Source: Basidiobolus meristosporus CBS 931.73
Taxonomy: Eukaryota > Fungi > Basidiobolomycota
Assembly (NCBI GenBank): GCA_002104905.1
Contig: MCFE01000067.1
Coordinates: forward strand, 62,001-126,000
Direction of reading: 5' to 3'
Length of the DNA stretch: 64,000 bases
Within the stretch, counting starts at the first letter, position 1. Every line of letters begins with the position of its first letter. The notes below the pieces were generated by a model, which saw only the letters and a program-made list of their open reading frames with translations, was not told the DNA's origin and searched no databases. Shown here in pieces: positions 50,601 to 62,086 of this stretch. A program made the translations under genes and the position numbers.

Positions 50601-52031
50601 CCAATCAAAAGCCACTTATACATTGTTGCAATGAAAAATTTGGACCAAGTTTTTTCTAAAATCTGGTGTGCAATTATTTTTCAATGGTCTCTTGACAGTT
50701 TCCTGATGAGATCAGTACTTCCTAGTCATGGGACTTCAACTTTGTGGCAGCCTTTTGACGGGAACATCTCAATAATCTTTCATATGGTATAAATAAACAA
50801 CAGTTCAACTATTATCACTATTGCTTAAAAAGTTCCTTATATTCAAATCACTTTTTAAATTACAACAGATTACTAGATTTAAGTGGTTATATTTCAGGCA
50901 AGTATCTGTACTGGTTCCTGTGATACAACCCCTGAACCAAGTTGCCATCCCTAACACTTCATCTAGATATGTTATCCCCATGCTATTCTGGTTGTAGAAT
51001 ACTGATCCCTGATTAGTTGGATGGGCTGTGCCTTCTGGAACCTTCCAGCCAATACTTGAATACACTTAGCTCATTTTGATGTTATTGATATTTTAACTGA
51101 TCTCCAGAACCTTGTAGAACTCCATGATTGGTAATCACTTAACCAGTGAGAAACATATATCAGGGAGACACTGCCTTGGTAATATATCATCTTACCTTTT
51201 ATTTGTAATCCAGTTTGTTGATTATTGCAATAACCTTTAAGAAGTGCTGGACAAATATTTCCTTAAAGTACACCCCACTACACATTCATTGATGTGAGGA
51301 GCTGGCATATGAAGGACACCCAGGAAAAGCTGGAAAACACTGAGGACAGATATGCACATGGAGACACCCTTGCCTTTGGCATTAAGAAGCCAAGCAGTCT
51401 CAGTGTGTTTGTAATCAGTTAAATTATACATGGTTAAGTTGGATGCAAAAAGAAACCAATTTTTGTTAGGACATGTTTGCCAGAGTATGATGAGTTATCT
51501 TGAGTACAAGACAATTTCTACACCGGTCAATATGAGATTTATACTAAAAAGAACCAGAGTACACCTATCAGGGGGCCTAGAGTCCATCAGGGAGAAGAAT
51601 TATGTTGGCCAAGTATCAAAAAGTATTTTGCCAATATTCAAGGGGTACTTATAGCTTAAGTGGTACCAAAGTGGTGCCAACTAAGCATATGCTTGCAACA
51701 TGCATATACACTCAGCAATACAAGGGAAACAAGAATTTTGCAAGTATCACAACAAAATGTCATAAAGTTCAGGTGATACAAGTGTGTTAGTTGCAGCAGT
51801 AATGAATATATGTAGAGGTTAGTGAGCAGGAAGCCATATATTTCTGATTTAGACTCTATGTGAAATACCTATGGTAGTAGTGGGTGACTAAGGAAGAGGG
51901 GCAATTCTACAGCAGAATAAATGAGTAGTACATTGGGGCATAGGATCAGGAACTTCCATTTGGTAAATTGGTATGGTAGCATTATACAAGAATAGCTGCA
52001 TGCCACTATCTTGGGCAATAATTCCAAGAGA

Positions 52032-52480
52032 TGTTGGTATTGTATAGAATTTGTATTTCACCTAAATATTCACCTAGATTGTTCACTTATATTATTACCT
52101 ACAGGACTTAGAGATTACGGGCCAATCTCCTTGTCAGGAATTACCCAGAATATTCTCACCAAAACATCATTTACCCAGAACATGAAATTCTCAATGCTCT
52201 CCAAACAGCCCCAAACCTTGTACACATGCTCTTAGGACCTTCCCAAACATTTTCTACATGCTTGTTGTGCCAATACTATGCCAATATATAAATACTACTT
52301 TTACATTCAATATATGATTCAGTGAAAACAACATAATCTAGTTTTTCTCCCAATCACTTTCATTATCTCCAAGACTTTAAAAACCAGTTATGAGCTCTTG
52401 GCTTTGACTGTCCTCAATATGTACCACATCTATTGCTGGTACTTTCCCTCAGCTGAGATGTTAAATGGATCCTGATCCTC
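52032..52480 (+). mobile_element. Copia family 2 5' LTR (about 52032-52386), PBS and gag start
   Basis: Starts TGTTGG; 3' half matches 63445-63692; followed by GTTATGAGCTC. Confidence 0.7.
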
Positions 52481-52514
52481 AGCTGTTGCTGAGGCATATG
52501 CTTGTAAGATGTAT

Positions 52515-53072
52515 AGACTTGTTCCATTGGATAGTGCCACATAGTGCCAGCATATTAAAAGTGGCTGATTAAACTGGCACTCTGTGGCACTATCTGGTGC
52601 TCTGATTTTTACTATGATGCCAGTGGCAGGATATAGCTACTGAATTGCCTTAGATATCCAAATGTAAGCTCTACTCTCACTCAGAAGTGATTAAATATCT
52701 TATTGTCAAGCCTCTGCTTCCTGCTATGCCCACCATTCCTGGGCTTGCCATGAGCTCTGATAAACTCAGATCTCTAACAATCCTCTCCTACATAAGATAA
52801 GTCTACCATGCATTTAGCCTTTCTCCCAAATTTTGGATGATTCTCTCCCCAGAGTGCTTTGTCATTCCTAATTTCAGCAAATGGCCCACTAAATCTGATG
52901 ATGTTACCCTCAGTGTCAGACAGTACTTGAAACCTCACACAGTGTGCCTTGTATTTGCCAGAATAAAAGTGCATCCGCCCTCTAGAAAACCTGTTAATCC
53001 TGACTGTGAAGGTATCCAATATATTCCTGGTATGGAACTTGTTGGTGAACATGCTGGGAAACAAAAATCCAA
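52515..53072 (-). mobile_element. Truncated second PHIS/Pangu-like copy (left TIR plus deleted transposase)
   Basis: AGACTTGTTCCATTGGATAGTGCCACATAGTGCCAG at 52515; ILDTFTVRINR..FYSGKYKAHCVRFQVLSD..FSGPFA. Cut by a CCCTA terminus at 53073. Confidence 0.85.
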
Positions 53073-56000
53073 CCCTATAAGAAGTTATTGTGATGACGCC
53101 ATCATAAGGCCATCACAAATTCTAAGCCCTGTGACTAAGACATATTGATCCTATCAGGACACCATGCAAAGACCATCAAAAAATAATTTCTCCACAGATT
53201 TCACAAGAAACTAGGTCAAAGTTTCTCATCACAACAATACAAAGTGGCTTTTGACTGATTCTCTGCCAATGTTCTCACTCTCTGATCCCAGATACTCTAT
53301 CACCTCTTATGTTTGTGTACAATGATAGGCTATTGCCTCTTTCACACTTGTTACTTCCTGACTCAACCATTTCTCTACTTTTCATGCATAAATATTGATT
53401 TATTTCCATTGAAACTTCAGTTGTACCACAATTGCCAGTTGTATTGCCCTTTACAAGTCCCCTTACCGTACACTAACATTAAGCCCAACCCCACACTCAA
53501 CAAGTATCTCCACTAAAGTCCACCACTAAATAAGTATTTCCACTCTAATGCTCTGTTTTTGTACCTTTGACAGGAACCCTACAGCTGTATGCTACTGTTC
53601 ATTCACTGGTGCTCATATGTCTTGGTCTTCAGCTGGCACTGCAAGCTCTAGCACCTCATTTGCTAGTCTTTGTAATAGATCCTTGCAATAATCAAGTGTA
53701 TTTTCTTGAGTACTGCTCTTGAAGAAGTGCTGCAACCTCTTGACCTGCCTAATAATGCTCCAAATTTCCACCAAACGCAATGTGATAACCTTTGGAGCTC
53801 TTGACATTGCTACTTTGTGTGTTGGTGAGATCTTCACTCTTTCCACAATGTATGATATGGAGACTGTGATAGACAAGTTGCCTATCTCTGCAAACTCATC
53901 CACCTCACAGGAGTATGGCTTAACTGGCTGCGCTTCCAACTCTTGTGAATACTGCTGTTTTCTTGGTGGTGATTCTTCCTGGCTATGATTGAATTCAGTC
54001 TGTTCCAGGCTTATGGCATCAATTGGCAAGAACTGCAGTTTTTTGCATGCTTCCCTGTCTCAGGCATGCATAGACAAAGTAGTAGTGAAAAACCTAGCAG
54101 TGATAATGGAAATGGTAAAGGGAAAAATGTCTAAGTACTTCTTGTATTGAACTGTGTTTTCTCCTTGATAAATGCTGCACTGATGCATTTATTTTGGCCC
54201 ACTTGTCCCTTAATGGCACTCTGTGGGCAACCTAATGCTTCTTTCCCACTTGTTTTGAGCTCTCAGCCTATGCTGTGAAGGGCTCCTGAGGTTGCTGCTT
54301 GTTCTTATCACTGCCAGGTCCATCACTGCTACTATGACTGAGTGCTTCTTGAGTGAAACTATGCTTTTTCTGTAGGAAATATTGAGCAGGTGCATCTCTG
54401 TCTGCCTGCTTTTCCTGTGTTGCCACTCTTGTAGCTACCTGATGTCTCTCTGACACTTGTTTGGAGCTTTTGGCCCTGCTTGTAATGGGCTGTTGAGGAA
54501 GCCTCTGCTTCTTAGCCAGTGCACCCTTGCTCTTCTGCCTTTGAAAGTTTCTGCTATTCTTGAGAAACCTTCTTGGCATACTAATGCTGGCCTAGAATTA
54601 ATTTGCTTGTTTGAATTCTGGACAATGCTCATGGAGCAAGTCAAGCACATTCTGCTTGGCCTTAAGTTGCCAGTGGGCCCATGGTATGCTGGCCTTAAGG
54701 TGTAGGTGTGCTAGACTTCCAAAAGCCTGTTGATGATCAGCCCACTCTTCATCATTGCACTCAATGACTTAACAGATCTTTGATGTCTTATGATTCTTAG
54801 TTGTTGGTATGAATACAACATTTTCTCCCTCCCATTCTGTGATAGGTGTTTTTGTGGGCTTTATCTTTGGGTGCTGTTGTAGTGCTTCAAAGACTGTATG
54901 GTGCTCTTCTGTTGTTACATCAGTAAGTGGCTCAAATGTTGGCTGTGATATTGAGCTACTTGAGTTCCTTCTTTACAGCAAAGATACTGATTTCTCTACC
55001 TGGGATATTGATTGCTCTACACTTTGTAGCTACTCATCCTGTTTCTGGACTATTTCCCAATTTCTCTGTGCCATTGCATCTATCCAATCAGCCACTGCAC
55101 CTGATTGCCACATTAATGCTTTGGTATGAGCTGACAACATACTTGCTAATATTGGTGGTGGTGATGTTATAATGGCCACTTACTGATCTTCAACTGAGGG
55201 TACTGTGTTAGCTACATTCACATATGCCTGAACATAACAGTCAGCTTGTGGCTCTGCAGAGGTTCTCAATTGCCTACTTGACTGAGAGCTTGAGGAGTCC
55301 GCTGTAGTGGGGTGACAGTGACACCCACTGACAGATGTGCTCATTCCCATATTTTTTTATGTCCCTATATCTCTACTATGCTTATTTTAGTTTTATCCCA
55401 TTTGTCTTACCTGATCAGTACTATCCCATAAGCCAGTTGACTATCACACCTGCTTACCTTATTGCATAAGTTACCCCTCACTTTATGTAAGATTAATAGC
55501 TATAAGTGCTTCTATATTGGGCAAGTACCCACACCAGTACCTGTGACACATGATCAACCCATGTCACCATCCCAACCATTTTCATCCCATATATGGTATC
55601 CCTATGTTTCACAGGTTTCAGAATACTGATTCCTGATTGGTTGGATGTGCTCTGCCTCTTAGAACCTTCCAGCACCTACTTAGAACATTCTTAGGTCATT
55701 CTGATGTCATTAAGACTTCTATTGATATCTGGAACCTTCTGGAACACCATGATTAGTAATCACTTAGCCAGTAAGAAAAGTATATAAGGGAGGCTATCCC
55801 TCAACAATAAATCATCATCCCTTTTATCAATATACTGACTTGTTGATTAGTGTGATCACTGCTACCTACTGCTACCTGAACTTCCAGCCCCAGACCACAG
55901 GACACTCCCAGGAAACCGCACTGACAGCTAACTGACCATAGAGGCACTACTTGTGAGGAATACTCAGAGTAGGTATCTTTTATTATATTTGATTCTTTCC

Positions 56001-58522
56001 CCAGCTTGTTCTTGTACAGGCAAAGATATTTTTCTGTCTTTGTAGCTACTGACTACAGCTGCATTCTTATCAAGTCCCTGCTGGTGGAGTTTACAGTTGT
56101 TTTGACTTTGGAAGCTTTAGTACATTGTCATCTTAAAGGACACTGAACCCAGCACATACTTTTGTTAAGACACCAACTAAGTTGGGGATTGTAGCTCAAT
56201 AGTTTTCCCTTGACAAGCTTGTGGCTTTATTCCCCATCACATTAGATTAGAGACAGAGCCCAGGTATTCCTAGCAAGCTTTTGGCAGAGGTTATTGCACC
56301 CAGTGAAACCCCACACACATAACACTTGAGAAGTGTTGGACATATCTCTCCCTTGGACTTATACACCACCACAGTGTTTCCACTAAAATCAGTAATGGGG
56401 GCTTTGAGGATTTATTACTACTTCTTATCAAAATCATACTGGGATGCCACTTACCATATACATGGTACAAGTGGTCAACCATCATGTGGCTGGCAACATT
56501 TGATCCAGAGACTGTCCTGATTCCAGCATGCATTAAAAGTTGCATGGCATTCATATCCAAAAATGCTACCACACCACATTACTACCTTTAATGGGCACAC
56601 TGTCCACTGGGCCTTTTTTAGATGTAGCCCTGCTTATTGCACTGAATTTCAAAGCAAGCTGTTGTCCAACCATTCTTCTGTTGCTGCCAGCAGTGGGGTT
56701 TGGTTGAGAACCAGACAACTTTGCTTTATTTTTTGGCAGCATATATATGGAAGTGAGTAAAACCAAAGGAGAAATAGTGTTACATATAAATGTGTATGTG
56801 GTGCCACTACTGTATTTATAGTGCTTACTATGGCAGGTCATCATTGAATCTTACATTCATGTAGGTGCAATGTCTCAAATACAAAACTGTCTTAAGTTCA
56901 CATGAGTATTGGCCTAAAAGTGATGTAATAGAGTTACATTGTTGAAGGTCAAACTGTTTGCCCCATGGACAAGACTATTTTGACTCAACACCATAAGAGA
57001 AGAGAAAAAAGACCATGTGACTATTGTGGCAAGCCTCTCAGCAATGAAGCATGCAGATAGCATAGGAAGTACTACAAGGACCTCAGCCAGTGTTTGCCAC
57101 CCACGTCATATTTGACCATTCATTGGTCACTACTGTACCAACATTATCTTGCCGGCCAGTTGATACTTCTACATCAGCACCTGGCCATCTTTGTCACCTT
57201 GTGCAAACTGAGTCAGGTGAGTTTGTGATGCCTTTAGGCTCACCTCAGCCATCTGAATATGGCACACAGAGCAATAGCTCTGACAAAGAAGGTTCACTGT
57301 TGTATTTTGAGCCTATCTCCTCAACAACAGTACCATGTATGAGCCTTGTCGAATCCCTATATGCAATGAGACACCACATGTTGAAACCAATGCCAAGGAC
57401 ACTTTATGGAGCCAAGTGAACCTAGTAACCCATCTACTGGTGAATGATGTAATGTTGTGGCTAGAGAAGTGGCATGTTTCCACTAACATCAGTAATGGGG
57501 GCTTTGAGGATTTACTACTACTGCTTGCTAAATCATCCCTGCATGCCACTTACCATGCATATGGTATAGATGGACAACCATCATGCAGCTGGTAACATAT
57601 GACCTAGGAACCATCCTGATATCAGCATGTGTTAACAATTACATGGCATTCACATCAGAAATACCACTATTGCAAGGTGTCCAACTTGTCAGGAATCCAC
57701 CACCATTGGGCAAAACATTGTTCACACTCTGATTATATATTCTGGTAGTACCCTGTCTAAAGAAGCTATGCAGTCCAACAAATATTGTGAAGCTATAAAG
57801 TACTGCACCCGGCATCAATTGAGTGCAAATATACCCAAATTATTTGATAGCAAACATTACAAACAGCTAAGAGGCAGGGGCTACTTGGAAGGTATGTATC
57901 ACCATGCCTTTGCCTTAGCACTTGATTGAATCTCATTAAACAAGTACACTACCAGCATATCCTGCTGGCTGCTGACTCTCATCAACCTGAATTTGCTGCC
58001 AATCTTATGGTATCAGAGCAGCTCTCTGATGGTAGTCTTACTGGTATCTGGGCCTAAATCACTGTCCAACTTGGAGAGCTACCTGTATCCTTTGCTGTAT
58101 GAATTTGTATGCTTTCCTGCAGGATAATGTTAAGTTGCCATTATGTCAAAGTGCATATTATTATCTGCATAAGAGATACCCCAGCCATCAGCAAGATAGC
58201 TGGCTTCTCTGGGAACAATAGATTGTATTGCTGTCAAATGTGTTAGATCCAGGGGACTTAATCCATAACTCACACACATTATTATTACCCAAGCACCTAT
58301 ACTACAAACATCATCTTTCTGTAAAGTGAATGTAAAGAAGACAGCATGCAATTGCAGCAAAGTTGGTAAGCTATAAGCCATTGGCTGGAATATGGAATTA
58401 ACTGGAGAGCAGAGATACTTAAGATAGAGGGAGTCTGTTGGAGCAAAAGCTTTTCACTGGGAGCAATGCATTTGCATTTTAACAATATCCCTATACTGAT
58501 GACCAAGCTGTACATGGTGCAT
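53073..58522. mobile_element. CACTA-family copy: right terminus CCCTATAAGAAG at 53073, ORF2 (-) to 56742, transposase (+) from 56965, truncated
   Basis: Transposase start MDKTILTQHHKRREKRPCDYCGK; later ACVNN.MAF..RCPTC and FALALD..SLNKY. Confidence 0.8.
55303..56573 (-). mobile_element. 1.07-kb solo LTR carrying a converted patch and 198 bp of captured flank; TSD CCGC/CCAC
   Basis: LTR body 55303-56373; 56006-56571 is identical to 46389-46954; the original terminus and TSD sit at 56569-56577. Confidence 0.8.
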
Positions 58523-61500
58523 ACAAAATTATCTGGCAATGGATATAGGTAGCTATCCAGGTTGGGCAGTGATTTAGGCCCACATACCAGTGAAACCACC
58601 ATCAGATTTCTACACTGATACCATAAGATAGGTGGTAGATTCAGGTTGATGAGAATCAGTGGCCAGCAGGATTTGGCAGTAGAGTACTTGTTTAATGAGA
58701 ATATATCAAGTGCTAAGGCAAAGGCATGGTCATACATACCTTCAAATTGGCCCTTGTTTCTTAGCTGTTTAAAATGTTTGCCATCAAATATCTGATATGT
58801 TAACACTTGATTGATAGTGAATGCAGCACTTTATAGCTACACAATATTTGCTGGACTGCATGAGCTTCTTTATACAGGGTATTGCTGGAATATATCTGGA
58901 GTGTAAACAATGCTTTCCCCCAATGGTTGTGAATTCCTGCCAAGCTGGACACCTGCAATAGTGGCATTTTCTGATATGAGCACCATGCAACTGTTAACGC
59001 ATGCTAGTATCAGGATGGCTCCTGGATTATATATTGCTAGCTGCATGATGGTTGCTTACTTATACCATGTACATGGTAAGTTTCATCCTGGGATAATTTT
59101 GGCACAAAGTAGTAAATCCTCAAAGCCCCCATTACTGATATCAGTGGAAATGCACCACTTCTCTTGCCACAACATTGCATCATTAACCAGTAGATGGATT
59201 ACTGTGCTCACTTGACTCCATATAGCATTCTTGACATTTTTTCCGCAAGTGCTTTCTCATTGCATAATGGGATCTTGCTGGGCTCATGCAGGGTACTGTT
59301 GCTAGGGAAGATAGGCTCATAATCCATCAGTGAGCCTGCTTCTTCAGAGCTATTACTCAGTGTGCCATATTCAGATGGCTGGGGTGAGCCTATAGGTGTC
59401 ACAAACTCACCTGACTCAGTTTGCGCAAGTTGATAAGTATGAGCAGATGCTGTTATAGAAGTATCAAGTGGCTAGCAAGATATTGTTAGTGTAGTAGTGA
59501 CTGGTGAATGGTCAAATAAGACTTGTATGGCAAAACACTGGCTGTGAACCTTGTAATACTTCTTATGCTGTATGCATGCTTCATGGCTGAGAGGCTTGCT
59601 ACCATAGTCACATAGTCATATTTCTCTTCTCTTATGGTGTTGAATCAGAGTAGTCTTATCCCTTGGGCAAACAGTTTGACATTCAACAACATAATGCTAT
59701 TATATTACATTTTTGGCAATACTCATGTCAGTTTAAGACAGTCTTGTATTTAAGATATTGCACCTGCATGTAGATAAGATTCTGTGATGGCCCACCATAG
59801 TAAGCATTACAAATAAAATTGTGGTACTATATACACATGTATATGTAACACTATTTCCCCTTTGGTTTTACTCACTTCCATATATATGCTGCCAAAAACT
59901 AAAGCAAAGTTGTCAGGTTCCCAACCAAACCCCACCACTGACAGTAGCAGAAAAATGGTTGGACAACAGCTTGCTTTGACATTCAGTGCAACAAGCAAGG
60001 CTAAAACCAAAAAAGGCCCTTTGGACAGCGTGCCCACTGAAGGGAGTAATGCAGATTCCTGAGCCTCTCAGTCAAGTAGGCAATTGAAAGTCTCTGCAGA
60101 GCAACAAACTGACCATATTGCTGAGGCAGGTGAGAATGAAGCAAAAGTAGTACTTTTGGTTGAGTACCAGCAATTGGCTGTCATAACATCACCACAGTCT
60201 GTATTAGCAAGTATGTTGTAGGCTCATACCAGGGCATTGATGAGTCAAATAGTTGCAGTGGCTGATAGGATAGATGCAATGGCTCAGGGAAATCAGGAAA
60301 TCAGGAAATAGTCCAGAAACAGGACAAGCAGATAATACATGTAGAGCAATCAATATCCCAGGTGGAGAAAGCAGTAGCTTTGCTGCAAAGAAGGAACTCA
60401 AGTAGCACAATGTCACAGCCAAGAATTGGGCCATTTCCTGATGTAATAGCAAAAGAACACCATAAAGTCTTTGAAGCACAACAACAGTGGCCAAAGATAA
60501 AGCCTGCAGAAAAAACTATTGCAGCATGGGAGGGAGGAAATGTAGTGTTTATACTAAAGCCTAAAAGTCAAGAAATACTGAAGAACTGCAAAGCCATTAA
60601 GTGCAACGATGAAGAGCAGGCTGATGATCAAGAGGCTGATAGAAGTCTAGTATACCAACATATCAAGGCTGGCATACAATGGGACCATCCAGGCTCAAGG
60701 CCAACTATAATGTGCTTGACTTTCTCCATGAGCATTATCCTGGATCCCAAGCAAGTAAACAGATTTTGGGCCAGCATTGGTATGCTAAGAAAGTATCTCA
60801 AGAATAGCAGAAACTATCAAAGGTAGAAGAAGAAGGGTGCAATTGCAGAAAACCAGCAGCTTCCTCACAAGCCCATTGCAAGCAGGGCCAAATGCTCCAA
60901 ACAAGCCTCAAAGAGGCATCAGGTAGCTGGAAGAGTGCTAATAAGGGAAAATCAGGCAGACACAGATGCACCAGTGCAATATTCACCAAGGAAACTGTGT
61001 AGTTTCACTCAAGAAGCACTCAGTCAAAGTAGCAGTGAAATACCTGGCAGTGATAGAGGAAAAGGTAATGGGGAACAAGTCTACCCAATCAGAGACAGGG
61101 AAGCATAAGATAAATGCTTGAGTTCTTGCCAATTAACACTGTAAGCCTGGAATAGACTGAATCCCATCATAGCCAAGAAGGATTACCAACAAGAAAACAG
61201 CTGTTTTCACAAGAGTTGGCAGTACAGCCAGTTGAGCTAAACTCCAGTGAGGTAGATGAGTTTGCAGAGAAAGGCAATTTGTCTACCACAGCCTCCATGT
61301 TCTCCATTGTTGCCAGAGTGGAGATCCCATTGACAAACAAAGTAGTAATACCAAGAACTCAAGAGGTTATCACAGTGCCTTTGGTGGAATTCTGGAACAT
61401 TAACAAGCACATTTAGAGGTTGCAGCACTTCTTGAAGTGCAGTGCTCAAGAAAACTCACTTGAATATTGCAAGGACTTATTGTAAAGACTGGCAGATGAG

Positions 61501-62086
61501 GATCTAGACCTTGCAGTGCTGGCTGAAGACCAGGATCTATAGGAACCAGTGAATGAACAACAACATTAAGCAGTAGGGTTCCTGCCAAAGTCATGGAAAC
61601 AGAGCATTGCAGATGAAATACTTATTTAGTGGTGGCTTTTAATGGAGTTACTTGTTGAATATGAGGTTGGGCTTAATGTTAGTGTAGTGTATAGGGACTT
61701 CTATATGCCAATACAATTGTCAATTGAGGTACCAGTGAAGCTTCAACAGATATTTATCAATTTATATGCATGAAAAATAAGAGAAACAATTGAGTCAGGT
61801 AGTTAGGTGTGTGAAAAAAAGGCAATAGCCAATCAATGCACACAAATGTAGGAGGTGATAGATTGTCTGAGATCAGAAAGTGAGAAGATTGGAAGAGAAC
61901 CAATCAAAAGCCACTTTTGTATTATTGTGATGAAAAATTTTAACTAAGTTTTTTAAGATATCTGGGGTGCAATTATTTTTTGATGGTCTGTGCATGGTGT
62001 CCTGATGGAATCAATACCACATAGTCAAAGGACTTAGAAATTATGGCAGCCTGCTGATGGGATCATCACAATAATTTTTCATAGGG
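58523..62086. mobile_element. CACTA-family copy in opposite orientation: transposase N-half (-), ORF2 (+) from 59886, right terminus AATAATTTTTCATAGGG
   Basis: FDGKHFKQLRNKGQF..DHAFALALD..SLNKYSTAKSCWPLILINLNLPP on the minus strand; terminus ends at 62086. Confidence 0.82.

Larger units (their letters stand above)
40329..50787. mobile_element. Most complete CACTA-family copy (about 5.2 kb after removing inserts), degenerate termini, probable TSD TAT
   Basis: ACACTTGGAAAAATAATTT...AATAATCTTTCATATGG. Transposase (-) 40370-41775, 45917-46586, 47660-48170; ORF2 (+) 48393-50456. Removal restores the LTR sequence CTTCTA-TAT-AAATAAACAA. Confidence 0.72.
39735..50867 (+). mobile_element. Copia family 1 solo LTR split by two CCCTA-family insertions (39735-39857, 40161-40328, 50791-50867)
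   Basis: The three pieces reconstitute 20271-20640. Flanks GAGTA/GATTA are a probable 5-bp TSD with one mismatch. Confidence 0.8.
39550..51282 (-). mobile_element. Old diverged copy of the 1.07-kb solo LTR, split (39550-39734 and 50868-51282)
   Basis: Halves align to 55303-55490 and to 55490-55860 plus the terminal about 35 bp. Flanks are contiguous CACTA transposase (AATATTACCTTCAAGTCTAT | CATT..GATGTG). Confidence 0.6.
15674..52031. mobile_element. Outer CACTA-family copy split by nested insertions (ORF2 minus: 15674-15884, 21395-21709, 35992-37270; transposase plus: 37484-39549, 51287-52031)
   Basis: Removing each insert plus one TSD rejoins contiguous family sequence, e.g. TCACTAGAGT-GAA-GCTCTACTG matching TCACTGGAGT-GTA-GCTCAACTG at about 4241-4262. 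Confidence 0.65.

Noticed and set aside
53073-62086. A single transposed 9-kb palindromic element
   Set aside because: No matching TSD, the flanks come from different hosts, and the halves are clearly diverged.
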